From the NCBI RefSeq assembly GCF_003324675.1, contig NZ_CP030918.1:1530001-1562000 (forward strand): DNA of 32,000 nucleotides, given 5' to 3'. This stretch comes from Paracoccus suum. GTDB lineage: Bacteria; Pseudomonadota; Alphaproteobacteria; Rhodobacterales; Rhodobacteraceae. The translations under genes were made by a program, and so were the position numbers. Position 1 is the first letter of the stretch. The number at the start of each line of letters is the position of its first letter. This document shows positions 8,355 to 18,095 of this stretch, piece after piece. The notes under the pieces are model-generated. The model saw nothing but the letters and a program-made list of their open reading frames with translations, was not told where the DNA came from and searched no databases.

Positions 8355-10019
8355 ATGCTCGACATCGCGCCGTGGAAGCGCATTCTCATCCTGCTGGTGA
8401 CCCTGATCGGCATCGGCCTGGCTGTCCCGAACCTGTTCTACGGCCGCGTCGAGGCACATAACGACGCCATCTCTGCCGCCGAAAAGGCCGGTTTTGCCAC
8501 GCCCGAGCAAAAGGCGGCCGAGGCCGGCTGGCCCGGCTTTCTACCCTCGACCCTGATCAACCTCGGGCTCGACCTGCGGGGTGGGGCGCACCTTCTGGGC
8601 GAAGTTCACGTCCAGGAAGTCTACAAGTCGCGGATGAACAGCCTGTGGCCGGAACTGCGCCGCGTGCTCTCCGAGGCCCGCGATCAGGTCGGCGCCGTAC
8701 GCCGCGTGCCCTCGCCTGAAGGAACGCTCGCGGTCGAGATCGGCAATCCTGACCAGATGGCCCGGGCGGTCGAGCTGGCGCGCACGCTGGCGGTGCCGGT
8801 CGCCTCGATCTCGGGTGCCGGTCAGACCGATCTGGCCATCACGGCCGAGGGCAACCGCCTGATCGTCACCCTGTCCGAGGCTGAGCGGGTCGCCACCGAC
8901 GATCGCACCATGCAGCAGTCGCTGGAGATCATTCGCCGCCGCGTCGACGAGGTCGGCACCCGCGAGCCGACCATCGTGCGGCAGGGCAAGGACCGGATCC
9001 TGATTCAGGTGCCCGGCATCGGTAGCGCCGCCGAGCTGAAATCGCTGATCGGCACCACCGCAAAGCTGACCTTCCACCCGGTCGTGGGCCGCGGCACCGA
9101 TCCCAACGCCCGCCCGGGAATCGGCAATATCCTCGTACCCTCGCTCGACGAGAAGGGGGTGTTCTACACCCTTGAGGAAACCGCCGTCGTCACTGGCGAG
9201 GACCTGACCGACGCGCGTCCGTCCTTTGACCAGAACGGCCAGCCGGCGGTCGAATTCCGCTTTGGCCCCTCGGGCGCGAAACGCTTTGGCGCCTTTACCG
9301 CCGCCAATGTCGGCCAGCCCTTCGCCATCGTGCTGGACAACCAGGTCATCTCGGCCCCCGTGATCCGCGAGGCGATTCCGACCGGATCGGGCCAGATCAG
9401 CGGGTCGATGAACATTGACCAGTCGACCCAGCTCGCCGTCCTGCTGCGTGCGGGCGCGCTGCCCGCGCAGATGACCTTCCTCGAGGAGCGGACCATCGGT
9501 CCCGAACTCGGCCAGGACAGCATCGACGCCGGGCGACTGGCGGCAATTATCGGCACTGTCGGCGTCATCGCGTATATCGTCGCCAGCTACGGCCTCTTTG
9601 GGGTCTTTGCCTCGATCGCCGTCTCGGTGAACGTCATCCTGATCCTCGGGATCATGTCGCTGATGGGCGCCACGCTGACGCTGCCCGGCATCGCCGGCAT
9701 CGTGCTGACCGTCGGCACCGCCGTCGACGCCAACGTCATCATCTACGAGCGCATCCGCGAGGAACTGCGCAAGGGCAGGCGCGTCGGTCCGTCGATCTCC
9801 ACCGGCTTTCAGGAAGCGATGTCGGCGATCATCGATGCCAACATCACTACCTTCATCGCTGCGCTGGTGATGTTCTTCCTCGGGTCCGGCCCGGTGAAAG
9901 GCTTTGCCGTCACCCTGACCATCGGCCTTGTGACCTCGGTCTTCACCGCGATCTTCCTGACCCGTCTGATGATCGCCGTGTGGTACGAGCGCACGCGCCC
10001 CAAGCAACTGATCCTGTAA
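8355..10019 (+). CDS. secD: Protein translocase subunit SecD
   Basis: 554 aa with a large periplasmic domain (LGLDLRGG, GQPAVEFRF, FAIVLDNQVISAPVI) and a C-terminal 6-TM RND-like domain. yajC-secD-secF context. Confidence 0.95.
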   Translation: MLDIAPWKRILILLVTLIGIGLAVPNLFYGRVEAHNDAISAAEKAGFATPEQKAAEAGWPGFLPSTLINLGLDLRGGAHLLGEVHVQEVYKSRMNSLWPELRRVLSEARDQVGAVRRVPSPEGTLAVEIGNPDQMARAVELARTLAVPVASISGAGQTDLAITAEGNRLIVTLSEAERVATDDRTMQQSLEIIRRRVDEVGTREPTIVRQGKDRILIQVPGIGSAAELKSLIGTTAKLTFHPVVGRGTDPNARPGIGNILVPSLDEKGVFYTLEETAVVTGEDLTDARPSFDQNGQPAVEFRFGPSGAKRFGAFTAANVGQPFAIVLDNQVISAPVIREAIPTGSGQISGSMNIDQSTQLAVLLRAGALPAQMTFLEERTIGPELGQDSIDAGRLAAIIGTVGVIAYIVASYGLFGVFASIAVSVNVILILGIMSLMGATLTLPGIAGIVLTVGTAVDANVIIYERIREELRKGRRVGPSISTGFQEAMSAIIDANITTFIAALVMFFLGSGPVKGFAVTLTIGLVTSVFTAIFLTRLMIAVWYERTRPKQLIL

Positions 10020-10032
10020 GGGGGACCGACGC

Positions 10033-11028
10033 ATGGCCTTTCGTCTCAAGCTGGTTCCCGACGACACGCGGATCAACTTCTTCCGCTGGCAGTGGCTGAC
10101 CTTCGGCATCTCGGCGGCGGCGATGATCGCCTCGATCATCATCACCCTGACCATGGGGCTGAACTTTGGCATCGACTTCAAGGGCGGCACCACCATCCGC
10201 ACCGAGACGACGACCCCCGTCGATGTCGGCACCTACCGACAGGCACTGGACGGCCTCGGCCTTGGCGATGTCGCCATCACCGAGGTGTTCGATGCCAGCT
10301 TTGGGGCCAACAAGCACGTCACTCAGATTCGCATCGGCCCGCAGACCAATGCCCAGGCGGTCACCCCGGAAGAATTGACCGAGGTCGAGGCGGCGTTGAA
10401 GAAGGTCGACCCGAACGTCACCTTCGCCGCGGTCGAGTCGGTCGGACCCAAGGTCTCGGGTGAGTTGATCAAGACCGCCTTCTACTCCGTCGGCGCGGCA
10501 ACCATCGGCATCCTGCTCTACATCTGGCTGCGATTCGAATGGCAGTTCGCGATCGGCGGGGTATTTGCGCTGGTCCATGACGTGGTGCTGACGGTCGGGA
10601 TCTTCTCGCTGTTCCAGCTGAAGTTCGACCTGACGACCATCGCCGCGCTGCTGACCATCCTTGGCTATTCGATCAACGATACCGTCGTGGTGTTTGACCG
10701 GCTTCGAGAAAACCTGATGAAGTTCAAGTCGATGCCCTTGATCGACGTGATGAACCTGACGGTGAACGAGACCCTGTCGCGGACCATCATGACCGCTGTC
10801 ACGACCGCCATCGCGCTGACTGCCATGCTGGTCTTCGGCGGCGACGTGATCCGCGGCTTCGTGTTTGCAATGCTCTGGGGCGTCTTCGTCGGCTGCTATT
10901 CGACGATCTATGTCGCCAAGAACATCGTGCTGTGGCTGGGCGTGAAACGCGACTGGTCCAAGAAGGTGCGCACCGATGCGGCCACCGAGGCCGAGGGTCA
11001 TGGCACGCCGTTCTCGGACATGCCCTGA
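10033..11028 (+). CDS. secF: Protein translocase subunit SecF
   Basis: GLNFGIDFKGGT, GYSINDTVVVFDRLREN and TSLTT-like motifs; 331 aa; follows secD. Confidence 0.95.
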   Translation: MAFRLKLVPDDTRINFFRWQWLTFGISAAAMIASIIITLTMGLNFGIDFKGGTTIRTETTTPVDVGTYRQALDGLGLGDVAITEVFDASFGANKHVTQIRIGPQTNAQAVTPEELTEVEAALKKVDPNVTFAAVESVGPKVSGELIKTAFYSVGAATIGILLYIWLRFEWQFAIGGVFALVHDVVLTVGIFSLFQLKFDLTTIAALLTILGYSINDTVVVFDRLRENLMKFKSMPLIDVMNLTVNETLSRTIMTAVTTAIALTAMLVFGGDVIRGFVFAMLWGVFVGCYSTIYVAKNIVLWLGVKRDWSKKVRTDAATEAEGHGTPFSDMP

Positions 11029-11381
11029 TGGCGATGGCGCCGATCGACTTTGATGGCGCGGTGCCAATCGACGGCTACGGTCCCGGCTTCGTCCGCCTGG
11101 GCGGGCAGGTATATCGCGGCGCGATGCTGATCCTCGGCGGTCAGGTGCTGCCCTGGGGCGGCCTTGATGACAGCAAGGCAGTGGCCGCGCTGGCAGGCCG
11201 CGCCGACCTGCTGCTGATCGGCCTCGGGGGCGAGATCGGTCGCGCCCCGCCGGCGCTGCTCGACGCGGCCGAGGCCGCGGGCCTGCGCACCGAGGTGATG
11301 GTTACCCCATCTGCCGCGCGCAGCTACAATGTCCTTTTGTCCGAGGGGCGGCGCGTCGCCGCCGCGCTGATCCCGGTATGA
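11028..11381 (+). CDS. Mth938-like (DUF498, NDUFAF3-like) domain protein
   Basis: 117 aa. [31 protein letters not shown]...DLLLIGLG...[32 protein letters not shown] matches the Mth938/DUF498 pattern. Its ATG shares 1 nt with the secF TGA (TGATG), and its stop forms an ATGA overlap with ccmA. Confidence 0.7.
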   Translation: MAMAPIDFDGAVPIDGYGPGFVRLGGQVYRGAMLILGGQVLPWGGLDDSKAVAALAGRADLLLIGLGGEIGRAPPALLDAAEAAGLRTEVMVTPSAARSYNVLLSEGRRVAAALIPV

Positions 11382-12013
11382 CGGCCCTGCTGACGGCGTA
11401 CGGCCTCGCCGTGGCGCGCGGCGGCGCCCGCACGCTTGAGGGCCTGGACCTCACCCTCCATCCCGGGCAGGCGCTGATCCTGCGCGGGCCGAACGGGGTC
11501 GGCAAGACGACGCTGCTGCGCACAATCGCCGGCCTGCAGCCAGCGGTCGCCGGGCGGATCGATGTCCAGCTCGACTCGATTGCCTATGCTGCCCATGCCG
11601 ATGGCCTGAAGTCGGCCCTGACCGCAGCCGAAAACCTGCAATTCTGGCGCGAGGTCTTTGCCGGCCCGGCGGTCGCACCGGCCCTTGCCGCGATGGACCT
11701 GGCTCACCTCGCTCAGCGGCCGGCCCACACCCTGTCCGCCGGGCAAAAGCGCCGCCTGGGGCTCGCGCGCCTGCTGGTCAGCGGCCGCCCGATCTGGGCG
11801 CTGGACGAGCCGACCGTCTCGCTCGACGCTGGCTCAGTTGCATTGTTCGCGGGGGTAATCCGCGCCCATCTGGCGCAGGGCGGCGCGGCGCTGATCGCGA
11901 CCCATATCGACCTCGGCCTGCCCGAGGCGCGAGAGCTTGATCTTGTGCCCTACCGCGCCGTCCCCGGCCGCCGCACAGCCGCAGCGGCCAGCTTTGACGA
12001 GGTTTTCGCGTGA
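11378..12013 (+). CDS. ccmA: Heme exporter ATP-binding protein CcmA
   Basis: Walker [10 protein letters not shown], signature LSAGQKRR, Walker B IWALDEP. Followed by ccmB, ccmC and ccmD. Confidence 0.9.
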   Translation: MTALLTAYGLAVARGGARTLEGLDLTLHPGQALILRGPNGVGKTTLLRTIAGLQPAVAGRIDVQLDSIAYAAHADGLKSALTAAENLQFWREVFAGPAVAPALAAMDLAHLAQRPAHTLSAGQKRRLGLARLLVSGRPIWALDEPTVSLDAGSVALFAGVIRAHLAQGGAALIATHIDLGLPEARELDLVPYRAVPGRRTAAAASFDEVFA

Positions 12014-12053
12014 CCGCCGTGCTGCTGCCTTACCCCAGAGTCGGACAGCGCAC

Positions 12054-12710
12054 ATGATCGCGCTGCTGGTCCGCGACTTGCGCCTTGCCGTGCGCGCCGG
12101 CGGCGGCTTTGGCCTTGGCCTCGCCTTCTTCCTGATCACCTGCACGCTGGTACCGTTCGGCGTCGGCCCCGACGGCGCGCTGCTGGCGCGCATCGCCCCC
12201 GGTATCCTCTGGGTCGGCGCGCTGCTGGCCTGCCTGCTTTCGCTCGACCGCATCTTTGCCCTCGATTGGGAGGACGGCAGCCTCGACCTGCTGGCGACCG
12301 CCCCGGTTCCGCTGGAGGCCGCGGTGCTGATGAAAGCCGCCGCGCATTGGCTGGTGACCGGCCTGCCGCTGGTGCTGGCGGCGCCCCTTTTTGGGCTGCT
12401 TCTGCATCTGCCCGGCGCGGCCGTCCCGTGGTTGGTCGCGTCGCTGGCGCTCGGCACCCCCGCACTGTCGATTCTCGGCGCGTTTGGCGCGGCGGTTACG
12501 GTGGGTCTGAGGCGCGGCGGGCTGCTGCTCTCGCTGCTGGTGCTGCCGCTCTACGTGCCGACGCTGATCTTTGGCGCCGAGGCGGTACGACGCGGGGGCC
12601 TTGGTGCCGATCCCACTGCGCCGCTGGTCTTCACCGCCGCGATTACCGCGGCGAGCCTTGCGCTGGTGCCATTTGCCGCAGCTGCCGCGCTGCGGATCAA
12701 CCTTCGGTAA
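12054..12710 (+). CDS. ccmB: Heme exporter membrane protein CcmB
   Basis: 218 aa from MIALLVRDLRLAV, with the FGVGPD motif and 6 TM segments. The ORF-track start at 11937 overlaps ccmA and is rejected. Confidence 0.9.
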   Translation: MIALLVRDLRLAVRAGGGFGLGLAFFLITCTLVPFGVGPDGALLARIAPGILWVGALLACLLSLDRIFALDWEDGSLDLLATAPVPLEAAVLMKAAAHWLVTGLPLVLAAPLFGLLLHLPGAAVPWLVASLALGTPALSILGAFGAAVTVGLRRGGLLLSLLVLPLYVPTLIFGAEAVRRGGLGADPTAPLVFTAAITAASLALVPFAAAAALRINLR

Positions 12711-12764
12711 TCAGACTTGAGGCGCATCTGCGCCCGCCTTACGACGATGATGGGAGGACGAGCC

Positions 12765-13493
12765 ATGACCTCGCTTTGGGAATATGCCAATCCCGTCCGC
12801 TTCATGCGGACGTCGGGGCGCGTGCTGCGGTGGCTGGCGCCGCTCACCGGGTTGGTGCTGGTCTGCGGGCTGGTCTGGGGCTTTCTGGTGCCCGACGACT
12901 ACCGACAGGGCGCGACCGTCAAGATCATGTATCTGCATGTCCCGGCGGCGATGATGGCGATCAATATCTGGGTGATGATGCTGGTCGCCTCGCTGATCTG
13001 GATGATCCGCCGCCACCACGTCAGCGCCCTCGCGGCGCGGGCCGCGGCGCCGGTCGGTGCGATGATGACCGTCATCGCCCTGATCACCGGCGCGATCTGG
13101 GGCCAGCCGATGTGGGGCACCTGGTGGGAATGGGACCCGCGGCTGACCAGCTTTCTGATCCTGCTGCTGTTCTACCTAGGCTACATGGCGCTGTGGTCGG
13201 CGGTCGAGGATGCCGACAGCGCGGCCGACCTGACTGGCGTTCTGTGCCTTGTCGGATCGGTCTTTGCCCTGCTCAGCCGCTATGCGGTGAACTTCTGGAA
13301 CCAGGGGCTGCACCAGGGCGCCTCGTTGTCGGTCAAGTCTGGCGAGCGGATGAGCGCGGCCTACAAATACCCACTGTATCTTTGCATGATCGGCTTTGCC
13401 CTGCTGTTCTTGACCCTGCTGCTGATTCGCACCCGGACCGAGATTCGCACGCGCCGCCTCGCGGCGCTGCACGCGCGCGAGGCCCGGGCGTGA
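12765..13493 (+). CDS. ccmC: Heme exporter protein CcmC
   Basis: WWD tryptophan-rich motif WGQPMWGTWWEWDPRLTS. Start at MTSLWEYANP, preceded by GGGAGGA. 242 aa. Confidence 0.9.
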   Translation: MTSLWEYANPVRFMRTSGRVLRWLAPLTGLVLVCGLVWGFLVPDDYRQGATVKIMYLHVPAAMMAINIWVMMLVASLIWMIRRHHVSALAARAAAPVGAMMTVIALITGAIWGQPMWGTWWEWDPRLTSFLILLLFYLGYMALWSAVEDADSAADLTGVLCLVGSVFALLSRYAVNFWNQGLHQGASLSVKSGERMSAAYKYPLYLCMIGFALLFLTLLLIRTRTEIRTRRLAALHAREARA

Positions 13494-13675
13494 TCGAGCT
13501 TGGAAAATACGCCGCCCCGGTGCTTGCCGCCTGGGCGATTTCGCTGGTGCTGCTGGCCGCGCTGATCGCGCGCACGTTGATGCGCAATGCCGCCGCCCGC
13601 CGCGCCCTGGAATCCGAAGAGGCGCGTCTGGCGCGCCCCGCCGCCACTGCAAAGGGGGAACAGCCGCATGGCTAG
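13490..13675 (+). CDS. ccmD: Heme exporter protein CcmD (small membrane protein)
   Basis: GTG start overlapping the ccmC stop (GTGA at 13490-13493). 61 aa with a single TM segment (LGKYAAPVLAAWAISLVLLAALI) followed by a basic stretch. It is the 3' tail of the otherwise spurious 469 aa ORF 12266..13675. Confidence 0.7.
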   Translation: MIELGKYAAPVLAAWAISLVLLAALIARTLMRNAAARRALESEEARLARPAATAKGEQPHG

Positions 13676-14273
13676 ATTGTCGCCGCTTGTGCTGTTGCCG
13701 CCCGCCGTGTTCGCCGCGCTCGGCGTGGTGTTCTATCTGGGCCTCGGGCGTGATACCCAATTGCCCTCGAACCTGATCGGACAGCCCGCGCCGGGTATCC
13801 AGGTCCAGCCGCTGGGCGCCCTGCCGCCGCTGACCCACGAGACGCTGCGCGACGGCCAGCCCAAGCTGGTCAACTTCTTTGCCAGCTGGTGCGCGCCCTG
13901 CCGCGTTGAACATCCGAATCTGGCGGCGCTGCAAGCCGCCGGCGTTCCGATCTACGGCATCAACTACAAGGACGATCCCGCAAAGGCCGAGGCCTTCCTG
14001 GCCGAACTGGGCAACCCCTATGCCGCGATCGGCACCGATCCCAAGGCCAAGACCGGACTCGATTGGGGCGTCTATGGCGTGCCCGAGACTTTCGTCATCG
14101 ATGGCGCCGGGCGCATTACCTATCGTTTTGCCGGCCCGCTGACCGCGCGCACCATCGACAGTCAGCTGAAGCCCGCCATGGAGGCCGCCGGCCTGAGGCC
14201 GGGGCCGGTCCCGGCCGCGGCCGCCGCGCTGCCGGCAGGCGGGGCAGGGGGTGCTTCCGCGTCTCGGGGCTGA
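13668..14273 (+). CDS. ccmG: Thiol:disulfide oxidoreductase CcmG/DsbE (HelX-like)
   Basis: N-terminal TM anchor, WCAPC active site and GVPETFVIDG motif. Start at MARLSPLVLL, overlapping the ccmD end by 8 nt. Confidence 0.9.
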   Translation: MARLSPLVLLPPAVFAALGVVFYLGLGRDTQLPSNLIGQPAPGIQVQPLGALPPLTHETLRDGQPKLVNFFASWCAPCRVEHPNLAALQAAGVPIYGINYKDDPAKAEAFLAELGNPYAAIGTDPKAKTGLDWGVYGVPETFVIDGAGRITYRFAGPLTARTIDSQLKPAMEAAGLRPGPVPAAAAALPAGGAGGASASRG

Positions 14274-14366
14274 AGCGGCCGACGCCTCCGGGAGGCTGGA
14301 GCTGGCATCTTGATTTCCACCGGAACTGACGTTATCTTGCGTCATATCCAGTGGAAGGAGGCATCC

Positions 14367-14717
14367 ATGTCCCTTGCATCCTATGCCGATCAAGGCGCTT
14401 TCTCGCCCCGGCGCATCGCCGAGGCGCTGCACACCACGCAGGACGAGGTTGCACGCTCGACCGGCCTCGGCCGCGATGCACTGGCGCGCAAGGGCCGGGC
14501 GCTCAGCGCGCGGACCCAGACTCGCCTGCGCGAGATGGTCGAGATCCTCAACCGCGTCACGCCGCGCTTTGGCTCTGATCTGATCGCCTTTGCCTGGTAC
14601 CGGTCGGAGCCGCTGGCCGGCCTTGGCGGGCTGACCGCAATGGCGCTGGTGCGCGACGGACAGGCCGAGGCAGTGATGGACTACCTCGACGCCGTGGACG
14701 ATGGCGTCTTTGCCTGA
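14367..14717 (+). CDS. Xre-like/DUF2384 antitoxin (MbcA/ParS family)
   Basis: 116 aa from MSLASYADQ, preceded by GGAGG. C-terminal pattern AFAWYRSEPLAGLGGLTAMALVRDGQAEAVMDYLDAV is typical of DUF2384. It overlaps the downstream RES gene by 17 nt. Confidence 0.8.
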   Translation: MSLASYADQGAFSPRRIAEALHTTQDEVARSTGLGRDALARKGRALSARTQTRLREMVEILNRVTPRFGSDLIAFAWYRSEPLAGLGGLTAMALVRDGQAEAVMDYLDAVDDGVFA

Positions 14718-15276
14718 AACGGCGGGGGACGCTGCCGCGCGCCCCCCACCGCCCGACCCCACGATCTGGCAAGGCACCCTCTACCGCGCGCTGAACCCCC
14801 GTTGGATGCGCGAGCCCCTGTCTGGCGAGGGCGCGCGCCGCCACGGTGGACGCTTCAACCTCAAGGGCCGGGCGGCGCTCTATACTGCGCTTGACCCGAT
14901 GACGGCTGTGGCCGAGGCCTCGCAGGTCGGCCAGCCTCTGCAACCCGTGACGCTGGTCAGCTACGCCGCGGCAGTGGGGCCCATCTTTGACGCCACCGAA
15001 CCGGCGCTGCTGGCGAAATGGGCGGTCTCGCCCGCTGATCTGGCCGCGCCTGACTGGCGCCTGCGCATGGGCGCGGCCCGGCCCCCCGCTGGCACAACCG
15101 CTCCGGAGGGTGGCGCACCGGGCCAGATCCTGGCAGAGCGGCTGATCGCGCATGGTTATGCCGCGATGCTGGTGCCGAGCTATGCGCGCACGGCCCAACC
15201 GGGCGCGCGTAACATGGTGCTGTGGGATTGGGACGGACGGATCTCGGTGAACGACACCGAAGGGCGGCTTGCCTGA
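14701..15276 (+). CDS. RES-domain toxin (MbcT/ParT family, NAD+-targeting)
   Basis: LYRAL...GEGARRHGGRFN (Arg), ALYTALDPMTAVAEA (Glu) and AMLVPSYA (Ser) give the R-E-S triad order. Paired with the DUF2384 gene. Confidence 0.85.
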   Translation: MASLPETAGDAAARPPPPDPTIWQGTLYRALNPRWMREPLSGEGARRHGGRFNLKGRAALYTALDPMTAVAEASQVGQPLQPVTLVSYAAAVGPIFDATEPALLAKWAVSPADLAAPDWRLRMGAARPPAGTTAPEGGAPGQILAERLIAHGYAAMLVPSYARTAQPGARNMVLWDWDGRISVNDTEGRLA

Positions 15277-15280
15277 CGCC

Positions 15281-15583
15281 TTACGCGGGGCGGCGCGTCC
15301 GCAGCCGGGCCAGCGGCTGCGCCAGCAGCATGGCGAGGCCGAGAGCAAAGCCCAGCACCCCGACCGCCGGTCCGCAAGCATAAGTCAGCCAGCCGAGGAT
15401 CGGCACGCCCGCGGCTGTCAGCGCCATGACGGCGGTCCTGCAACGGCGTTGGCTACGGATCGCCGGCATCAGCCCCGCCACGATCATCCACAGCGCCGCT
15501 GCGGCCAGCGGCGCCCAGGCGCTGTGCAGCAGCCCGGTCTGCACCGCGTCCATGGCGCCCACTTGCTGTGCCAGCTTGCTCAC
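15281..15583 (-). CDS. DUF2484-like small membrane protein downstream of murC
   Basis: Two or three TM segments ([20 protein letters not shown]...[29 protein letters not shown]...RLRTRR). A GTG start overlaps the murC stop (GTGA). An alternative ATG start lies at 15553. Confidence 0.6.
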   Translation of the reverse strand: MSKLAQQVGAMDAVQTGLLHSAWAPLAAAALWMIVAGLMPAIRSQRRCRTAVMALTAAGVPILGWLTYACGPAVGVLGFALGLAMLLAQPLARLRTRRPA

Positions 15584-16986
15584 GCGGCCTTGGCCCTCAG
15601 CCGGTCGGGCAGGCCATGCGCCCAGCCCGAGATGGACCCCGCCCCGAGGCAGACGACCATGTCGCCCGGCCGCGCCTGCTCGCGTACGAGCCGCGCCAGA
15701 TCATCCTCGTTCAGGATAGCGCGTGCGTGGCGGTGGCCGTGGGCGATGAGGCCCGCGACCAGATCGTCGCGCTCTGCCCCGGCAATCGGCTCTTCGCCGG
15801 CGGCGTAAACATCGGCGATGGCGACGACGTCCGCCTCGTTGAAGCAGGTGCAGAAATCGTCGAACAGGTTCGAGAGCCGCGAGTAGCGGTGCGGCTGATG
15901 CACGGCGATGATGCGCCCGGTCGAGGCCTGCCGCGCCGCCTTCAGCACCGCCGCAATCTCGACCGGGTGGTGGCCGTAGTCGTCGATGATGGTCACGCCG
16001 TCGACTTCGCCGACCCGGGTGAAGCGCCGATTGACGCCGCTGAAGCTGGCGAGCGCCTCGCGGATCTCGGCCTTCTTCATCCCCAGGTGCCGGGCCACGG
16101 CAACCGCCGACAGCGCGTTGCTGACGTTGTGGTTGCCCGGCATCGGCAGGGTGCAGCCCTCGATGATGTCATCTTCGGCCTGCAGGGCGACGTCGAAATG
16201 TGCAACGCCGCCCTGATAGGTCAGGTTGATCGCCCGCACGTCCGCCTGGGCGTTAAAGCCGAAGGTCACGATCCGCCGGTCGGTGACTCGGCCGACCAGG
16301 GCCTGCACTTCGGGGTGATCGGTGCAGCAAACCGCGAGGCCGTAGAAGGGGATGTTCGACACGAAGTCGGTAAAGCCCTTCCGCAGCGCGTCGAAGCTGC
16401 CCCAATGCTCCATATGCTCGGGGTCGATGTTGGTCACGATGGCAATCGTCGCGGGCAGGCGGTTAAAGCTGCCGTCGCTCTCGTCCGCCTCGACCACCAT
16501 CCACTCGCCGGCGCCTGCGCGGGCGTTGGAGCCGTAGGCGTGGATAACGCCGCCATTGATGACGGTGGGATCAAAGCCGCCCTTGTCCAGCAGGGTCGCG
16601 ACCATGGTGGTGGTGGTGGTCTTGCCGTGGGTTCCGGCGATGGCAATGTTGCTGCGCAGGCGCATCAGTTCGGCCAGCATTTCGGCCCGGCGCACGACGG
16701 GCAGGCCGCGGCGACGCGCCTCCTCCAGTTCGGGGTTGCCGGTGCGGATGGCGGTCGAGGTGACGATCACGCCGGCCTCGCCGATATTCTCGGCTCGCTG
16801 GCCCTCGAACACGGTGGCGCCGAGGGTCTCCAGCCGGTCGGTGATCTTGGATTTCTTGGCGTCGCTGCCCTGGACCCGGTAGCCGAGCGTCATCAGCACC
16901 TCGGCGATGCCGGACATGCCGATCCCGCCGATGCCGATGAAATGAATGGGGCCGAGTTCGCCCGGCAGTTTTGTGGCGGCGTTCAT
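15580..16986 (-). CDS. murC: UDP-N-acetylmuramate--L-alanine ligase MurC
   Basis: [28 protein letters not shown] and Mur ligase C-domain motifs. 468 aa. Confidence 0.95.
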   Translation of the reverse strand: MNAATKLPGELGPIHFIGIGGIGMSGIAEVLMTLGYRVQGSDAKKSKITDRLETLGATVFEGQRAENIGEAGVIVTSTAIRTGNPELEEARRRGLPVVRRAEMLAELMRLRSNIAIAGTHGKTTTTTMVATLLDKGGFDPTVINGGVIHAYGSNARAGAGEWMVVEADESDGSFNRLPATIAIVTNIDPEHMEHWGSFDALRKGFTDFVSNIPFYGLAVCCTDHPEVQALVGRVTDRRIVTFGFNAQADVRAINLTYQGGVAHFDVALQAEDDIIEGCTLPMPGNHNVSNALSAVAVARHLGMKKAEIREALASFSGVNRRFTRVGEVDGVTIIDDYGHHPVEIAAVLKAARQASTGRIIAVHQPHRYSRLSNLFDDFCTCFNEADVVAIADVYAAGEEPIAGAERDDLVAGLIAHGHRHARAILNEDDLARLVREQARPGDMVVCLGAGSISGWAHGLPDRLRAKAA

Positions 16987-18095
16987 GTGCTGGCTAGGTC
17001 CGTGACGAGATCGGAAAGTCTGCGGGCCGCATCAGGGCGGCCCTGCGTAAGGGCGGCGCGCGCCATGCCGTCGGCGCGGCTGGCATCCGACAGGATGGCA
17101 TGCATGTCCCGCGACAGGCTCGTCGCGTCAAGTACCGATTCCGGAAGCACCATGGCTGCGCCCGCCTCGGCCAGGGGGCGGGCATTGGCCATCTGATGAT
17201 CGCCGGCGGCGGCAGCAAAGGGGATCAGGATCGCGGGACGGCCGATCACCGTGACTTCGGCCACGGTCGAGGCGCCGGCGCGGCAGACGATCAGCTGCGC
17301 CGCGGCCATGCGCTGCGGGATGTCGAAAAAGAAGGGCGCCACCTCGGCAGAGATGCCAGCGTCGGCATAGGCCGCGCGGACGCGGTCCACGTCCTCGGGG
17401 CGGGCCTGATGGGTAACGTTCAGCCGCGCGCGCATGGCGTCGGGCAGGGCGGCCGCGGCCTCGGCCACGCGCTCGGACAGGATGCGGCTGCCTTGGCTGC
17501 CGCCGACCACCAGCAGGTTCAACGGCCCGTCGCCGGGCGCAACATAAGCCTCGCCGGTGCGGTCCAGCACTGCCTGTCGGACCGGGTTGCCGACATGGAT
17601 GCCCTTGACGCCCGGCGGCAGGGTCGTGGGCCAGGTGCCGCAGGCGACAACGTCCACGCGCCGGGCAAAGAGGCGATTGACCCGGCCCATGACACCGTTC
17701 TGCTCATGGATCATGCGGGGCACGCCCAGCATGGTGGCTGCCGCCATCGCGGGGATCGCCGGATAGCCGCCAAAGCCGATCACCACCGCGGGGCGGTCCG
17801 CGCGCAGGTCGCTGACCGCGCGGCCGATGCCGACGCCGATCTTGCCCGGGGCGGTGATCTTGCCGACCAACCCGCCGCGGGCAGTGGTGGCCGAGGCGAC
17901 CGTCTCGCGCCGGACAGCGTCGGGAAAGCCCGTTGCATAGCGCGCGCCGCGGGCGTCCGTCGACAGGGTGACGCGCCAGCCTTCGGCGAGCAGCACCTCG
18001 GCCAGGGCCTGGGCGGGGAACATGTGCCCACCGGTGCCGCCGGCGGCAATCAGCGCCAGCTTGCCGCTGGCGCGCCGTTGCGAACCGGCGGCCAT
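16983..18095 (-). CDS. murG: Lipid II glycosyltransferase MurG
   Basis: Start MAAGSQRR...[18 protein letters not shown] (G-loop). 370 aa. ATGA overlaps with ftsW (18093-18097) and murC (16983-16986). The upstream part of the 495 aa ORF overlaps ftsW and is rejected. Confidence 0.95.
   Translation of the reverse strand: MAAGSQRRASGKLALIAAGGTGGHMFPAQALAEVLLAEGWRVTLSTDARGARYATGFPDAVRRETVASATTARGGLVGKITAPGKIGVGIGRAVSDLRADRPAVVIGFGGYPAIPAMAAATMLGVPRMIHEQNGVMGRVNRLFARRVDVVACGTWPTTLPPGVKGIHVGNPVRQAVLDRTGEAYVAPGDGPLNLLVVGGSQGSRILSERVAEAAAALPDAMRARLNVTHQARPEDVDRVRAAYADAGISAEVAPFFFDIPQRMAAAQLIVCRAGASTVAEVTVIGRPAILIPFAAAAGDHQMANARPLAEAGAAMVLPESVLDATSLSRDMHAILSDASRADGMARAALTQGRPDAARRLSDLVTDLAST

Noticed and set aside
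8541-11067. 563 aa (8541..10232) and 374 aa (9943..11067) - strand ORFs
   Set aside because: Antisense shadows of secD and secF.
13176-14777. 533 aa - strand ORF, and the 469 aa + strand ORF 12266..13675
   Set aside because: The minus-strand ORF is antisense to ccmC/ccmD/ccmG and the antitoxin. The 469 aa + ORF is out of frame with ccmB and ccmC. Only its last 61 codons, from the GTG at 13490, are real (ccmD).
15568-17196. 542 aa ORF on the + strand
   Set aside because: It is antisense to murC and the murG 3' end. Its Arg/Gly/Ala/Asp-rich composition has no recognisable motifs, whereas the opposite strand encodes unmistakable Mur ligase motifs. This is a typical high-GC shadow ORF.
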